Of a stretch of DNA of 64,000 nucleotides, positions 19,267 to 30,100 are shown piece by piece. A program made the translations under genes and the position numbers. The notes under the pieces were generated by a model. It made no database searches. It was not told where the DNA came from and saw nothing but the letters and a program-made list of their open reading frames with translations. The stretch lies in contig CAJTTA010000004.1 in NCBI GenBank assembly GCA_910579305.1, positions 23,100 to 87,099 of the forward strand. The letters run 5' to 3'. Each line of letters begins with the position of its first letter. Position 1 is the stretch's first letter. Source of the stretch: an uncultured Muribaculaceae bacterium. Lineage in GTDB: Bacteria > Bacteroidota > Bacteroidia > Bacteroidales > Muribaculaceae.

Positions 19267-20796
19267 TCAACAAGTGCGCTTAAATCGTGCCATAAGGAGA
19301 ATTTTCACCTTAGCTCTTTCCGCCGCACTCAAGCCTATAAAGAAACATACCGAGACGCAGATTACAAAATACATTATGATATCTAAAATGAAATTATCAT
19401 ATAATGCGTCGGCTAATAATTTATATGTTCCGGCCCCGAGCAACGACAAGACTACGACAAGACACTCATAATAAGTCACTTCTCTCAGAAATTCTCTTAC
19501 AGACAAAGAAAACAGTCCGCGAGATATGATCAACCGTGCCATAAATGCGCAGAAATATACAATCATATCAGCGTATATCATTGCTGTCGGAGGCATATCC
19601 ATGCGAAAAGCTAAATATACCAACAGTATGTCACTCAGCATTATCATGGTAACAACCTTCGTATATTTTTGAATCTTACCCGTAGCCAATGCCGTATGCT
19701 GCAATGTGCCTGAAAGCGAATCAATTAAAGTTGCTATGATTATCAACTGCACGAATGCCACTGCATACTCTGGCACCTTTCCAAGCCATAAATGCAATAT
19801 ATCAGTTGCATTCAGCAAAATAGGAAATGCAAAAACAAACAATAACAGAAAGGACATCTTAGAGCTGCTGAAAAGCAGTTTATGCATACTTTCAATATTT
19901 CCAGAAGCATAGGTCTTGACAATCTGCGGATTTGAAGCCATCTGAAAATTGCTTACTAACGAAGTTATTCCACTGTTTACCTGCATTGCCAAAGCTCTTG
20001 AGGCATTCAAGGCCGGCCCGAAAAAGGAATTCAATACCAAATTGACCCCCTGATTGCGCAGCAACCAGCTGAATGATCCGACAACTTGCCAACCGACAAA
20101 ACCATATATCTCTTTGAACAGACCCTTGTCAAACTTATTCTGAAACTTACAATAACTATATTTCCTACGAGAATAAATGCGTAACAATATACGAATGACA
20201 ACAGAGACGGTGAATGTAAGAATGGCATATGCCTGGAGATTCCCGAATTGCGGGAGCATAAGCATAAAGGCAACACCCAATTTCAATATTCCTTCCAGCA
20301 AACTCACATACGCATAGATCCCCATGTCTTCATGAGAAACAATCAATGACATGGAAGGGACATTATTGATGGCAATGAACGTCGAAGCTATGGACAATTG
20401 ATAAACCCACATTGCCGCCCCCATGCTCTTGACCGGAATGTTAAGATAATTATAAAAATACCACAGCCCTACTGTCTCGGCAAGAACAACAATGATTACA
20501 GAGAACACGAAATGAATGATTACAGTCGTGCTATATGTGCGATTAAGCAAGTTTATATCTTGTTTTCCCAGCGCGAAAGAAAAGAATCGATTAGAAGCAA
20601 GAGACATAGAGTTGCTCACAAAACTGAGCATCGCCACAATCCCGCCTACGACATTATAAACGCCGAAATCATCCACTCCCAACACCTTCAAGACCACTCT
20701 TGATGTATAGAACGAGATGAACATCAACAACAACATTCTAAGATACAATAAGATTGTATTCTTAGCAATTCGCTGATTGGAAGTCAATTCGCTCAT
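19267..20796 (-). CDS. wzx: Wzx-type oligosaccharide flippase
   Basis: RIAKNTILLYLRM...SRVVLKVLGVDDFGVY N-terminus; many TM helices. Confidence 0.9.
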   Translation of the reverse strand: MSELTSNQRIAKNTILLYLRMLLLMFISFYTSRVVLKVLGVDDFGVYNVVGGIVAMLSFVSNSMSLASNRFFSFALGKQDINLLNRTYSTTVIIHFVFSVIIVVLAETVGLWYFYNYLNIPVKSMGAAMWVYQLSIASTFIAINNVPSMSLIVSHEDMGIYAYVSLLEGILKLGVAFMLMLPQFGNLQAYAILTFTVSVVIRILLRIYSRRKYSYCKFQNKFDKGLFKEIYGFVGWQVVGSFSWLLRNQGVNLVLNSFFGPALNASRALAMQVNSGITSLVSNFQMASNPQIVKTYASGNIESMHKLLFSSSKMSFLLLFVFAFPILLNATDILHLWLGKVPEYAVAFVQLIIIATLIDSLSGTLQHTALATGKIQKYTKVVTMIMLSDILLVYLAFRMDMPPTAMIYADMIVYFCAFMARLIISRGLFSLSVREFLREVTYYECLVVVLSLLGAGTYKLLADALYDNFILDIIMYFVICVSVCFFIGLSAAERAKVKILLMARFKRTC

Positions 20797-20854
20797 ATCG
20801 GAACAGAAATGTAGTGTAATGAGGTCAGGAAATGATCCAGAGGCGCATCAATAA

Positions 20855-21832
20855 TCAATAGCCGAATTGTGCTTTCCACTCAGATATTCGTTCCAGCGGC
20901 ATCGTGATCTCAGTCGCGAAATCAGAATTTATCATTTCATCCAGATCATAATGCACTCGGTCACGCTCTATGCACACGAGATTATTGGAATTATTAATCT
21001 CACGGGCACGCTCATCTATCACTATTATGATGCTTCTTTTGGCATGCCTCATGGCATATACGCCAGCGTGCAATCGTGTTCCGACATAGTCAATATCAGG
21101 CTCATTCAACAAAGCTTCATAAGCTGCTTTGGAAGGGGGGAGGAGACCGACTCCGTCTATATTATTAAATCCGCTAAAATATGCCCGATCCTTGTCTCCT
21201 TGAATCCATATATACACTTCATTATAATTCTTCTTCAAAGTGTCAATGAGACATTGATCTGACGGCAAACGCGTGCTGTTCGCAGTAAGCGTACACACCA
21301 CACGAGAAGCCTTTTTAGTTGGGATACTTCTGCAAAACTCCGGAGTAAGCATCCACATCGTGGCACATCCGGTATTGATTGCACGCAGGCCGAGACTCTC
21401 GACATACTTTTTGGTCCTTTCATCTCTCACACTATGAGCATAATCATGACTGAGAACCTTTTTATATAGAGACGTAGTATACTTATTGGTATAATCATGC
21501 GAACTTGCTCCAACTCCGACCAAAATAGTATTTCGTAAAGGCCGCGAATTAAAAACATTGATATTCCACTGCGGATAATGCGTTAACATATCCTTTATCA
21601 GCAAATTAGAGCCACAGGCAAATTTAAACGCACAACTGGCATATTTCTGCACCGCAAAAGAATTCCTCCATACCTGATACCAATGAAAAGGCGATACATG
21701 CGTCGGAAGCCGAAATACAAACCTATCGCGCAATATCGGCTGAAGCTCTTTCATCACACACTCCATTATTATCTCATCTCCAACATTCGAAGAAGCTATC
21801 GAAGGGTCTAAAAGTAATATATTATCTTTCAT
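20855..21832 (-). CDS. Polysaccharide pyruvyl transferase family protein
   Basis: NVGDEII, SVRD and GTRLHA motifs. Confidence 0.85.
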   Translation of the reverse strand: MKDNILLLDPSIASSNVGDEIIMECVMKELQPILRDRFVFRLPTHVSPFHWYQVWRNSFAVQKYASCAFKFACGSNLLIKDMLTHYPQWNINVFNSRPLRNTILVGVGASSHDYTNKYTTSLYKKVLSHDYAHSVRDERTKKYVESLGLRAINTGCATMWMLTPEFCRSIPTKKASRVVCTLTANSTRLPSDQCLIDTLKKNYNEVYIWIQGDKDRAYFSGFNNIDGVGLLPPSKAAYEALLNEPDIDYVGTRLHAGVYAMRHAKRSIIIVIDERAREINNSNNLVCIERDRVHYDLDEMINSDFATEITMPLERISEWKAQFGY

Positions 21833-21847
21833 TTCGTTGTTCTTGCT

Positions 21848-22861
21848 TTATGACAAATAAAATGCATACTCGTTCCTTAAGCTATTTTGAAAGATCGAAG
21901 TCTTTACAGAGATGTCCAGGAACTCCGCACCTTCGGAGAGAAGGGAGGGTGTGTGCGTCAGGACGGCCTCGCAAAGGAGGGCGAAGGCACGGGTCGATGG
22001 ATTGGTCATTGCCGCGGCATATTTTTGCAGCCTCGTCTCGGCTCTCGCCTCTGCCTCGCGGTCACCCATAAGGCGAGCTATGGCAAGCAGAATCACCTGC
22101 AATCGAGCATTCAGCTTGGGTGTCTCGAGCTTCACGCTCCCCATCCGCCGGCAGAACACCAGCAGCGGAGCCATTTCCTCTCGACGCAACTGCCCTCCAG
22201 CACTATACGTGCGCATCGCCTTATATAATTTCGGAATCACCGCATCCATCTGGTCATTAGGGCGCTTCGATCCCTTGGCAAATTTCAGGATTCTCACATA
22301 ATCAGCCTTGATGTCATAGACCACGGCCGCAAGACTCTGCGTCACCTCTATAAGGAGATTGCCACTACGCCCACCCCTCTTAGGAATATACGTGCCCCGG
22401 AGACCCGGGAAATCACCCTCCACGACCTCCACCTCATCCCCCTTCTCGAGGTCTATTTCATAAGTGGAGAAACATGGCACCTCATTGTGATACATGCGGG
22501 CCACCTGCATGAATGCCTCCACAGCAGCGGTAGAGATCACCAGATAACCGCACGATCCCGCCCTGTCCTTTATAAGAGAAAAGCCATTGGTCGCCCCGCA
22601 CAGTGCCCTGACATCCTCAAGCCGCCCTCTCACAAATACATAATGGAATAACAGAGGAGACTCCTGCATTCTTAATTTTTCCCTCCCCTTCACCATCTTC
22701 ACAAGAGTGGGGGCAAACAAGAAAAGATCACATCCCGAAATGCGCTTAAATAATTCAATTTCAGCATCGGCCCTACTCTGCCTCGACTGAGAAAGTGGTA
22801 TATGATTAAGCACAAACCATCTTTCCTCATCAACGCGACACATCGTTCCAGACGCAAGCAT
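21848..22861 (-). CDS. upxY: UpxY-type NusG-paralog antiterminator with ~140-aa C-terminal extension
   Basis: NGN domain (WFVL, LLFHYVFVRG) and KOW motif (KGDEVEVVEGDFPGLRG); first gene of the polysaccharide operon. Confidence 0.8.
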   Translation of the reverse strand: MLASGTMCRVDEERWFVLNHIPLSQSRQSRADAEIELFKRISGCDLFLFAPTLVKMVKGREKLRMQESPLLFHYVFVRGRLEDVRALCGATNGFSLIKDRAGSCGYLVISTAAVEAFMQVARMYHNEVPCFSTYEIDLEKGDEVEVVEGDFPGLRGTYIPKRGGRSGNLLIEVTQSLAAVVYDIKADYVRILKFAKGSKRPNDQMDAVIPKLYKAMRTYSAGGQLRREEMAPLLVFCRRMGSVKLETPKLNARLQVILLAIARLMGDREAEARAETRLQKYAAAMTNPSTRAFALLCEAVLTHTPSLLSEGAEFLDISVKTSIFQNSLRNEYAFYLS

Positions 22862-23016
22862 TTCCAACGGGATGACAACAATTTTAGTCTACGATTCTAT
22901 AAATAGCTGTAAATCAAAAATTTACAGCACCAAGAATCATAAACCTCCGAAAACTGATTATTCAAGCACCCCGCATCGAGAATAATATCTCTTTACAAGA
23001 GATGCTTTTATGGATG

Positions 23017-23048
23017 CAAAAATACAAAATTATCCGTGAATCACCAAA
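23017..23048 (-). promoter_or_regulatory. Promoter of the upxY/polysaccharide operon
   Basis: Minus strand TTTG-N20-TATTTTTG. Confidence 0.7.
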
Positions 23049-23147
23049 TATTCAAAAAAATTTAACTCCGATTCCCCGCACACACAGTAAAATACCCTTT
23101 CAGAACACAATCGCAATTTCATCTCTCCACAGAAATATACACAAAAT

Positions 23148-23176
23148 GAGCGGCCTCCCGTAAAGGGAGGCCGCTC
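23148..23176 (-). terminator. Terminator hairpin downstream of the 559-aa gene
   Basis: GAGCGGCCTCCC/GGGAGGCCGCTC perfect 12-bp stem, followed by ATTTTGT on the minus strand. Confidence 0.8.
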
Positions 23177-23231
23177 TGTATTATCGAGGTCTGCTTCTAT
23201 AGCCAAACCTCGGCCATGAAAAGAATTTCTC

Positions 23232-24911
23232 TTACTTGGCGATCTTCGCAGTCTTCACAGTGCCGTCTGCCTTGATCTCACGCTGGATGAAGATACCCTG
23301 CTGAGGAGCTGCATTGAGGCGCTGACCCTGGAGGTTGAAGTACTGAGTGCTTACTACAGGTGCATTGCTGATTACCTCTTCTACGCCGGCGTCATCAAAG
23401 GCCTTGTCAATTACATTGTAATTAGATGCAGAAGTTGAAGGAATCTGGCTCATGCTGTTCCAGTTATTGGCATCATCGTGAAGGATGATAGGCTGAGTGG
23501 AGTAACCCATGATAGTGTGGCCGTTCCATCCGTCGGCAGAGAACTTGAAGTTGAAGCCGTAGTTCTCATCGCCGGCACCTATGAGAGAGAGCTCTTCCAT
23601 GGGGAAAATTTTGTAGCCGTTCCACCAGCACTTGAATCCGTCCTGATCACAAAGTGCAGTGTTGTAGTAAGCGGGAGCGAGCTCATAGGGAGTAGGCACA
23701 GAGTTCCATTCCGCGATAACCTCCTGGCCGCCTACAATCTCGGTTTTGTAACTGGGCACAGGCATCTTGTATATGCCATTGAAGCCATTGGAATTGGCAG
23801 GCACGAAGAGTGCAGCTGAGAGGAAATTCATCTGATAGTCTTCGGTGCTGCGGGCTACGGGAGCGATATTCTGAAGAAGTCCACCCTCAAGAACCTCCTC
23901 GCCGTTGAAAGTAGGCATCCAGGCAAATATATCCTGACCATTGCTTGTACCCATGTATGATACAGTCTCATCACACCATGTGAGATAATAACGCTTCACG
24001 GGCTCAAACTCTTTGAAGTAAGCGACACCATACTCTGAGTCGATATCTACAAGACCGCAGTTGAAGGCATGAACCTCATCGAAGTTAAGATAGAGATCGG
24101 AGAAGCCGAGGATGACGGGATTGCCGCTCAGAGAATATATAGCGCTGACAGTGGCGCCGGACACTACACCCTGGCCGTTACTTGTGCCGAGGATCCAGTT
24201 GAAGTCGATGGCTGCCTCGCTGAATTCGGGGTCATAAGCCCTCCAATTCACATAAGAGCCGTCGAAGCTGATCTGCTGCGCACCTACTGTACAGGGCTTG
24301 GTAGCATATTCGACATCATTCCATGTAACTTTAGCACCGAGGAGATCGCTCTGAAGAATGCAGGTAGCGGAATAGAAACCTGCGAGCACAGGGATACGGC
24401 TTTCGCGAGTCACAACTGTCTCAATGGGCTCCGGGGCAAGAGCGGCTTCAAGAGAGCCATACTTTGCTATTGCCTTATTCTTGTCGAGTCCTGCTTTAGT
24501 CCACACGTCATTGTCGTATGCGCAAGCGGCAGGCCACAGCATGTAAGAGGGGAAAAAGTCTTTGCCGGTCGAAAAATTCTGCGAAGAGAAAAGCACGGCA
24601 TAGAAGGGGAAATCCTCAAGAGTGAGGATAGGTGAACCCTGCTGCTCTGAGAGGCCGAAAGTCTCACCTGCGCCGCCGAGCAGACGGAACATCATGGCCC
24701 AGCTTTGACCTGTACCGCTCTCCATTGCTCTGAACATGCCGTCGGGAGCATCCTGCGCGGTGATAGCCTTCATATTACCCTGGAAATACATCTGCGCTGC
24801 GATGTTGGGATCTAAAGCGTTGTTCTTAGTGCTTACAACCTGCTTCACGGGGAAAGCCATGGCTGATGCAGCTACACAAGCGCCAACAAGAAGAGTAAAG
24901 ATTTTCTTCAT
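23232..24911 (-). CDS. Secreted hypothetical protein with T9SS-type C-terminal sorting domain
   Basis: Signal peptide ...ASAMA; C-terminus GVEEVI...YFNLQGQRL...GIFI...KTAKIAK. Confidence 0.75.
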   Translation of the reverse strand: MKKIFTLLVGACVAASAMAFPVKQVVSTKNNALDPNIAAQMYFQGNMKAITAQDAPDGMFRAMESGTGQSWAMMFRLLGGAGETFGLSEQQGSPILTLEDFPFYAVLFSSQNFSTGKDFFPSYMLWPAACAYDNDVWTKAGLDKNKAIAKYGSLEAALAPEPIETVVTRESRIPVLAGFYSATCILQSDLLGAKVTWNDVEYATKPCTVGAQQISFDGSYVNWRAYDPEFSEAAIDFNWILGTSNGQGVVSGATVSAIYSLSGNPVILGFSDLYLNFDEVHAFNCGLVDIDSEYGVAYFKEFEPVKRYYLTWCDETVSYMGTSNGQDIFAWMPTFNGEEVLEGGLLQNIAPVARSTEDYQMNFLSAALFVPANSNGFNGIYKMPVPSYKTEIVGGQEVIAEWNSVPTPYELAPAYYNTALCDQDGFKCWWNGYKIFPMEELSLIGAGDENYGFNFKFSADGWNGHTIMGYSTQPIILHDDANNWNSMSQIPSTSASNYNVIDKAFDDAGVEEVISNAPVVSTQYFNLQGQRLNAAPQQGIFIQREIKADGTVKTAKIAK

Positions 24912-25126
24912 TGTAGAGTCTTTTTAGTTAATTATTAATTTAGTTGTCTTGATATTCAAAATTCTGAAGCGACCTCCTCTCTATGAAGAGGTCAGCGAAA
25001 TATTGTGTGAGGGAACATTCCTCCTGTCTTCAAAAGATTCATTATGCCTGAGGCCACACAAGGCCGTCACAAAAGATAGGTAGCAAAGATTATCGGAACT
25101 AAATGACTCACCGAATATTTCAAGCG

Positions 25127-25158
25127 CAAATGTAGCGTTAATTTTTGAATAGCACAAA
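25127..25158 (-). promoter_or_regulatory. Promoter of the 559-aa gene (~210-nt leader)
   Basis: Minus strand TTTG-N20-TACATTTG. Confidence 0.65.
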
Positions 25159-25311
25159 TATTTTAAGAAAAAAAACTCACCACCCGCCAAAAAAGCCGGA
25201 CTTCTCTACTCCGGCCACCCTGAGTCTGCGGCATAAGCGCTCGCTGCCCACATAAGCTAACATGCCTGTAATCAAGCGAATGAGGCGGCATTAGCCACCT
25301 CTCAAGACGAA

Positions 25312-25344
25312 GCGGCCCCGCTCCTTAACCGGGAGCGGGACCGC
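25312..25344 (-). terminator. GC-rich hairpin downstream of susD
   Basis: GCGGCCCCGCTCC...GGAGCGGGACCGC inverted repeat. Confidence 0.6.
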
Positions 25345-25385
25345 AACTATAATAAGATCAAGTATGAGTCAATCAGAGATTCATA

Positions 25386-27125
25386 TTACTCTCCTACGAT
25401 AACCTCGCCCGGGATAGGCTCAGTGATCAAGTCATTGTAGGTGCGCTCAGAGTTAGGAATGCCGTAGCGCCAGCCATGATTGGAAGAAGGATCCACATCG
25501 CATGCGAGACCGGCGGGAATATTGCCTGAATTCACATTACCTGCCTCCCAGGCCGTACGGGTCATGTTCAAGCCCCAGCGCTTGAGGTCAAACCAGCAGA
25601 ATCCCTCGCCCCAAAGCTCGATGCGGCGATACAGACGCACCTCGTCGATAAGAGCCTGGCCTGTGAGCGAGCAAGTGTAGGAAGCGTTGCGGGGCTGATT
25701 GATCTCCAGCAGGAGAGCCTGGGCATCGGAAGTCATGCCGAGCTCGGCACATGCCTCAGCCTCGTAGAGATACATCTCCGTAGCGCGCATGAAAGGCACC
25801 TGGGCGAGGCCGTCCTCACCGGTGAGGCCGTTACACCAGAACTTGATCTGAGCTCCATCGCGTATGATAGAGGTAGTCTCATCATTGGTAGTGGCAGTCT
25901 CATAAGCATTGTTTCCGGTCACGCCGGCAGGCTTGTGCTCATCCATCCAGCTTCTTGCTGCGCTTATCATACGCGCGTTCTTGAAGGCGCCGGTAGCGGG
26001 ATTCACAGCGGTGTTCAGGTAGAACATCGAGGGACGCAGAGCAGGCATCTTCTCATAAGTGAGCCACCAGTTCGTGCGCTTGTCCTCGGCAGGAATCATC
26101 TTGTAGAGGTCGCGGTTGATGGCGTTGGTATAGCGGGCATTGAGAGCCGCGTAGCTGTTGCAGCACCAGAACGTGCAGAAGTTGCCATAGATAAAGTTGT
26201 CGATAGAAGCGAACGAGGGCGCCCACATCCATTCATTCTCATTATATGACATATATCCGCCGAACGCCTCTTCATCGGTGGCGATGCGCTTGCCCTGACG
26301 TGCATTGTGAGCCATGGTGCGCACAGTCTGCCAGTCATTCTTGAGAGCGGCCACACGCGCATAGATACCGTAGGCCACATTCAGATTGATCTCATAGTTG
26401 AGAGTGCGGAAGCTCTTGCCGGCTGAAGTAAAGAGACTGATGGCGTTATCCAGGTCGCTATAGCACTGGTCGAGCACCTCGTTCATGGTGGACACGGCTT
26501 TGTTCTGAGGATCATTGGGAGAAGTGCGGAGCACTACGGTTTTCTTTTCGCCATTGTTGGAGTCAGCCCAACGGGGGGCATACACCTGGAGCAGACGCCA
26601 ATAGCAGTGAGCGCGCAGGGCGTAGGCCTGAGCCTTGGTGAAGTCGCGAAGGGCCACCTTGTCGGGATTGTTTTCACCCACGTCAGTGCCGTCTATCACA
26701 TTGAGCACCTCATTTACCTGAGCGATCATGGCATAGGCATAATACCACCATGTGGTGTTCCACCTCATGTCGCCCGACGAGAGAGCATTATCCTGCATGC
26801 TGTAGAGAATCACCCATGAGGGAGCCTGGTCATATATCGCATTGATATAGCAGTCGGAGCCGGGAAGCTCGCCTGTGTAGTAGCTATAGCCGGTCTCTCC
26901 CTGCCAGAAACCCTGAATGGGAGACATATACTCGTTGTTCCAGGGCACAGCCATACCGCTTTGCGCGCCAAGCATTGCCATGCGGGCAGACTCCGGAGTG
27001 GCGCAGATATTGTCGGCCGGAATAGAGCCATGAGTGGGGGTATCGAGATAGTCACTCGCGCATGAAGAAAGAGCGAGTGCGCACAGAGCCGCTGCAGCCC
27101 CCTTGAGATATTTATTAGTTAACAT
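25386..27125 (-). CDS. susD: RagB/SusD-family lipoprotein
   Basis: Lipobox LSSC; AQAYALRAHCY, MRATEMYLYEAEA and RRIELWGEGFCWFDLKR. Confidence 0.93.
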   Translation of the reverse strand: MLTNKYLKGAAAALCALALSSCASDYLDTPTHGSIPADNICATPESARMAMLGAQSGMAVPWNNEYMSPIQGFWQGETGYSYYTGELPGSDCYINAIYDQAPSWVILYSMQDNALSSGDMRWNTTWWYYAYAMIAQVNEVLNVIDGTDVGENNPDKVALRDFTKAQAYALRAHCYWRLLQVYAPRWADSNNGEKKTVVLRTSPNDPQNKAVSTMNEVLDQCYSDLDNAISLFTSAGKSFRTLNYEINLNVAYGIYARVAALKNDWQTVRTMAHNARQGKRIATDEEAFGGYMSYNENEWMWAPSFASIDNFIYGNFCTFWCCNSYAALNARYTNAINRDLYKMIPAEDKRTNWWLTYEKMPALRPSMFYLNTAVNPATGAFKNARMISAARSWMDEHKPAGVTGNNAYETATTNDETTSIIRDGAQIKFWCNGLTGEDGLAQVPFMRATEMYLYEAEACAELGMTSDAQALLLEINQPRNASYTCSLTGQALIDEVRLYRRIELWGEGFCWFDLKRWGLNMTRTAWEAGNVNSGNIPAGLACDVDPSSNHGWRYGIPNSERTYNDLITEPIPGEVIVGE

Positions 27126-27164
27126 ATTAACTTAAATTCTTAAATCTTGTGATTACATGATAAA

Positions 27165-30100
27165 TTAGAAACGTGCCGTGAGCTGGAAGGAGAACACACG
27201 GGTAGTCACGAAGCTGCCTAAATCGCTCTGCACGCCTGAGTAAGTCTGCTGGGGGTTGAGACCCTTGCGGGCAGTCACAGTGAAGAGATTGTCTACTGTG
27301 AAACCTACGTTGATGTTCTGGAGCTGAAGCTTGTTCACCCATGCCTTGGGCAGATCATATGAGATCATGATGTTCTTGAGCACGAGCCAGGAAGCATTAG
27401 TGAGGAAGCGCGTGGAAGTATAGTTGTTATCCTGCACAGTGGTGGGGTTGTTCTGGGGCACGCCGTTGGGATCGATACGGTTGGGGCTGTCGGCAGTCAT
27501 GCCGGCGGGAGCCTCGACCCATGCATTGAGAGCGTCCACATGATAGGCGGAATTAGTGGAGTTAACACTCATGAGATTGGAATAGATGTTATCCATTACC
27601 TTGCCGCCGAGAGAGTAAGTGAAGAGCAGGCCGAAGTTGATGCCCTTCCAGGAAAGCTGAGTGCCTACGGAACCGAAGACAGTGGGTATGGCTGAGCCAT
27701 TCCAGGATCTGGTGGCATATGTGGATGAAGTGGTATAGGTCTTGCCGTTGATAGTCACGAGGGTGCCGTCGTTGGCAGCATTCTTCTGCTCATTGGCCCA
27801 CATGGCGTCAAGTTCAGCCTCGGTATAGGGAGTGGCGCCTGTACGATAGTAATTCTTATAATCCTGCTCGTCGAAAACATAGAGAGAATTACCGGTCATC
27901 TGGTCAACACCTACCCAAGTGGGTATATACCATTCATAGAGAGACTTGCCTACAGAGAGACGCTGAGAGCCATTGTTCATGTCGGCATTGTTATAGGGAA
28001 GGCTCTTCACGCGGTTCTGGAGGAACGTAGCGTCGATAGAGGCAGTCCAGCGGAAGTCCTGGTTCTGCATGATAGTGCCGTTGAAGGAGAGCTCCCAGCC
28101 GCGGTTCACGAGCGCGCCGATATTGAGAGGAGTTTTCATGGCAGAACCGGAACCGATGATATAACCGGTGGAAGGAGCCGCGGGCAGCGAGAGGATAAGG
28201 TCGGAAGAACGCTTGTCGAAGTAACCGATAGAGAAGTTCAGACGGTTGTTGAATACAGATCCTTCAAGACCTATGTCAAGAGTCTTGTTGGCCTCCCACT
28301 TGAGGTTGGGGTTGCCTGTGGTGGCACGCATCAGCATTGCGGTGTTGGAGAGAGAGGAATAGGCATACTGTGAGCTCCATGAAAGAGCGGGAGCGGAGAG
28401 ATAGTTACCTACGGCACCGTAAGCGAAGCGAAACTTGAGGTAGTTGAGCCATGCGAGCTGGTGAGTGAACTCTTCCTTGGAGATGATCCAGCTTGCGCCT
28501 ACGCTCCAGAAAGTGCCCCAGCGGTTCTCCTTGGCGAAACGGTCGGCACCGTCACGACGCACGGAACCCTCGAAGAAGTACTTGTCCCAATAGTTGTAGC
28601 GCACGCGGCCGAGATAAGACTCAGTGCGGCCCTCGGCATAGTTGCCGGCGGGATTCTGCACGATGTTCTCGAAGTTATTGGGTGCATAGTAGTCATCCTC
28701 GATCTGGCCGCGCATATAGATAGCCTCGGCGGAAGAATAAGCAGTGGTGTTCTCATGGCCGAGGAGCACGTCTATGTGGTGTTCCTGCTCGCGGCCATAG
28801 TTATGGCCCCATGTGAGATTCTGCATGAAGGTGTGATAGCGATACTGGTCATTCTCTAAGGTGAGACGTCCTTCGGGGTAGGCATCGCCGAGCAAATTGT
28901 TCTGATACTGGGTATAGCGGGTCATGCGGCGAGACATCTGTCCGCGGAACGTGAGCTCGAAGCCATAGGGTATTACGGCTGTGGCGTAGGCGCTTCCGTC
29001 CACCACGAGGCTGTGGTAGTCATTCTTGTCATGACGGATAGCGAAAGCCACGTTGCGGTTGTCGTTGCGGCCACGCATGTTCCACTGGGGCTGACCGTCT
29101 ACATATACGATGTTGCCCTCTGCATCATGCTCGTAGTAAGGGAAGATAGGAGCATAATACATGGAAGCGAACGGGTTGTTCTGAGCATCAGTTCCGGCCT
29201 GGTCGTTATACTCCGAAGAGGTGGAGGAACCGCGGAGATCCATGCCGAGACGCAGATAGGAAGTGGGCTGGGCATTGACATTGAAGCGTGCGTTGAAACG
29301 CTCGAAGTCAGTCTTGAGCAGATAGCCCTTCTCGTTGAGATAACCTACGGATGCGAAGAGGTTATACTTGTCGCTGGCGGCAGCCAGGTTGAGGTTGTAT
29401 TCCTGACGGAGACCGGTGCGGTGCAGAGCGTCCCACCAGTCAAGGTCGGTGTAGCCGGGGAGCACGTAGGCATCGCTCACTATGCGGCCGTTCTCGTCAT
29501 ACAGCTCGTTGCCGGGCTTGTTATATACGTTCTGACCCTGAAGGTAACCTGACACGAAGTTCTCCTGCAGATATGCATTTGCAGTGGCACGGTCGGGATA
29601 AACCTTGGGGTTGGTGGTCATAAGCTGGTTGGCATATGTAGTGAACATAGTCTCCATCCAGGGGGTAGTGGAAAGGCGGTCATACTCGGGCAGACCACGG
29701 GAAATAGCGCCTTCGCGCACCGTGAGAGTCACGTCCACCTTGCCTACGTTCTTGGCACGCTTGGTGGTGATGAGCACAACGCCATTGGCACCGCGCACAC
29801 CGTAGAGAGCGCAGGAAGCCGCATCCTTGAGCACAGTGAGGCTCTCGATGTCGGCGGGGTTTATATCGGCGAGATCACCGTCGAAAGGCATGCCGTCCAC
29901 TACATATGTGGGCGCCTGCGTGCCGGTGATGGAGCCGTAGCCGCGTATGCGGATCGTGGGAGAAGAACCGGGAGCACCGGTGGTGTTGTTCACCTGCACG
30001 CCGGGGGCGTTGCCTTCAAGAGCGGCAGTCACGGAGGTCACGGGGCGATCTTCGATCTCCTTAGCTCCCACAACTGATACAGAACCGGTGAGTGACTCCT

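Noticed and set aside
22868..23140. Invertible promoter for the polysaccharide locus
   Set aside because: No flanking inverted repeats found, and no recombinase gene in the window.
24981..25190. 69-aa ORF, and 48569-48814 81-aa ORF, in intergenic regions
   Set aside because: They run through predicted promoter elements, have non-ATG starts and show no coding signature.
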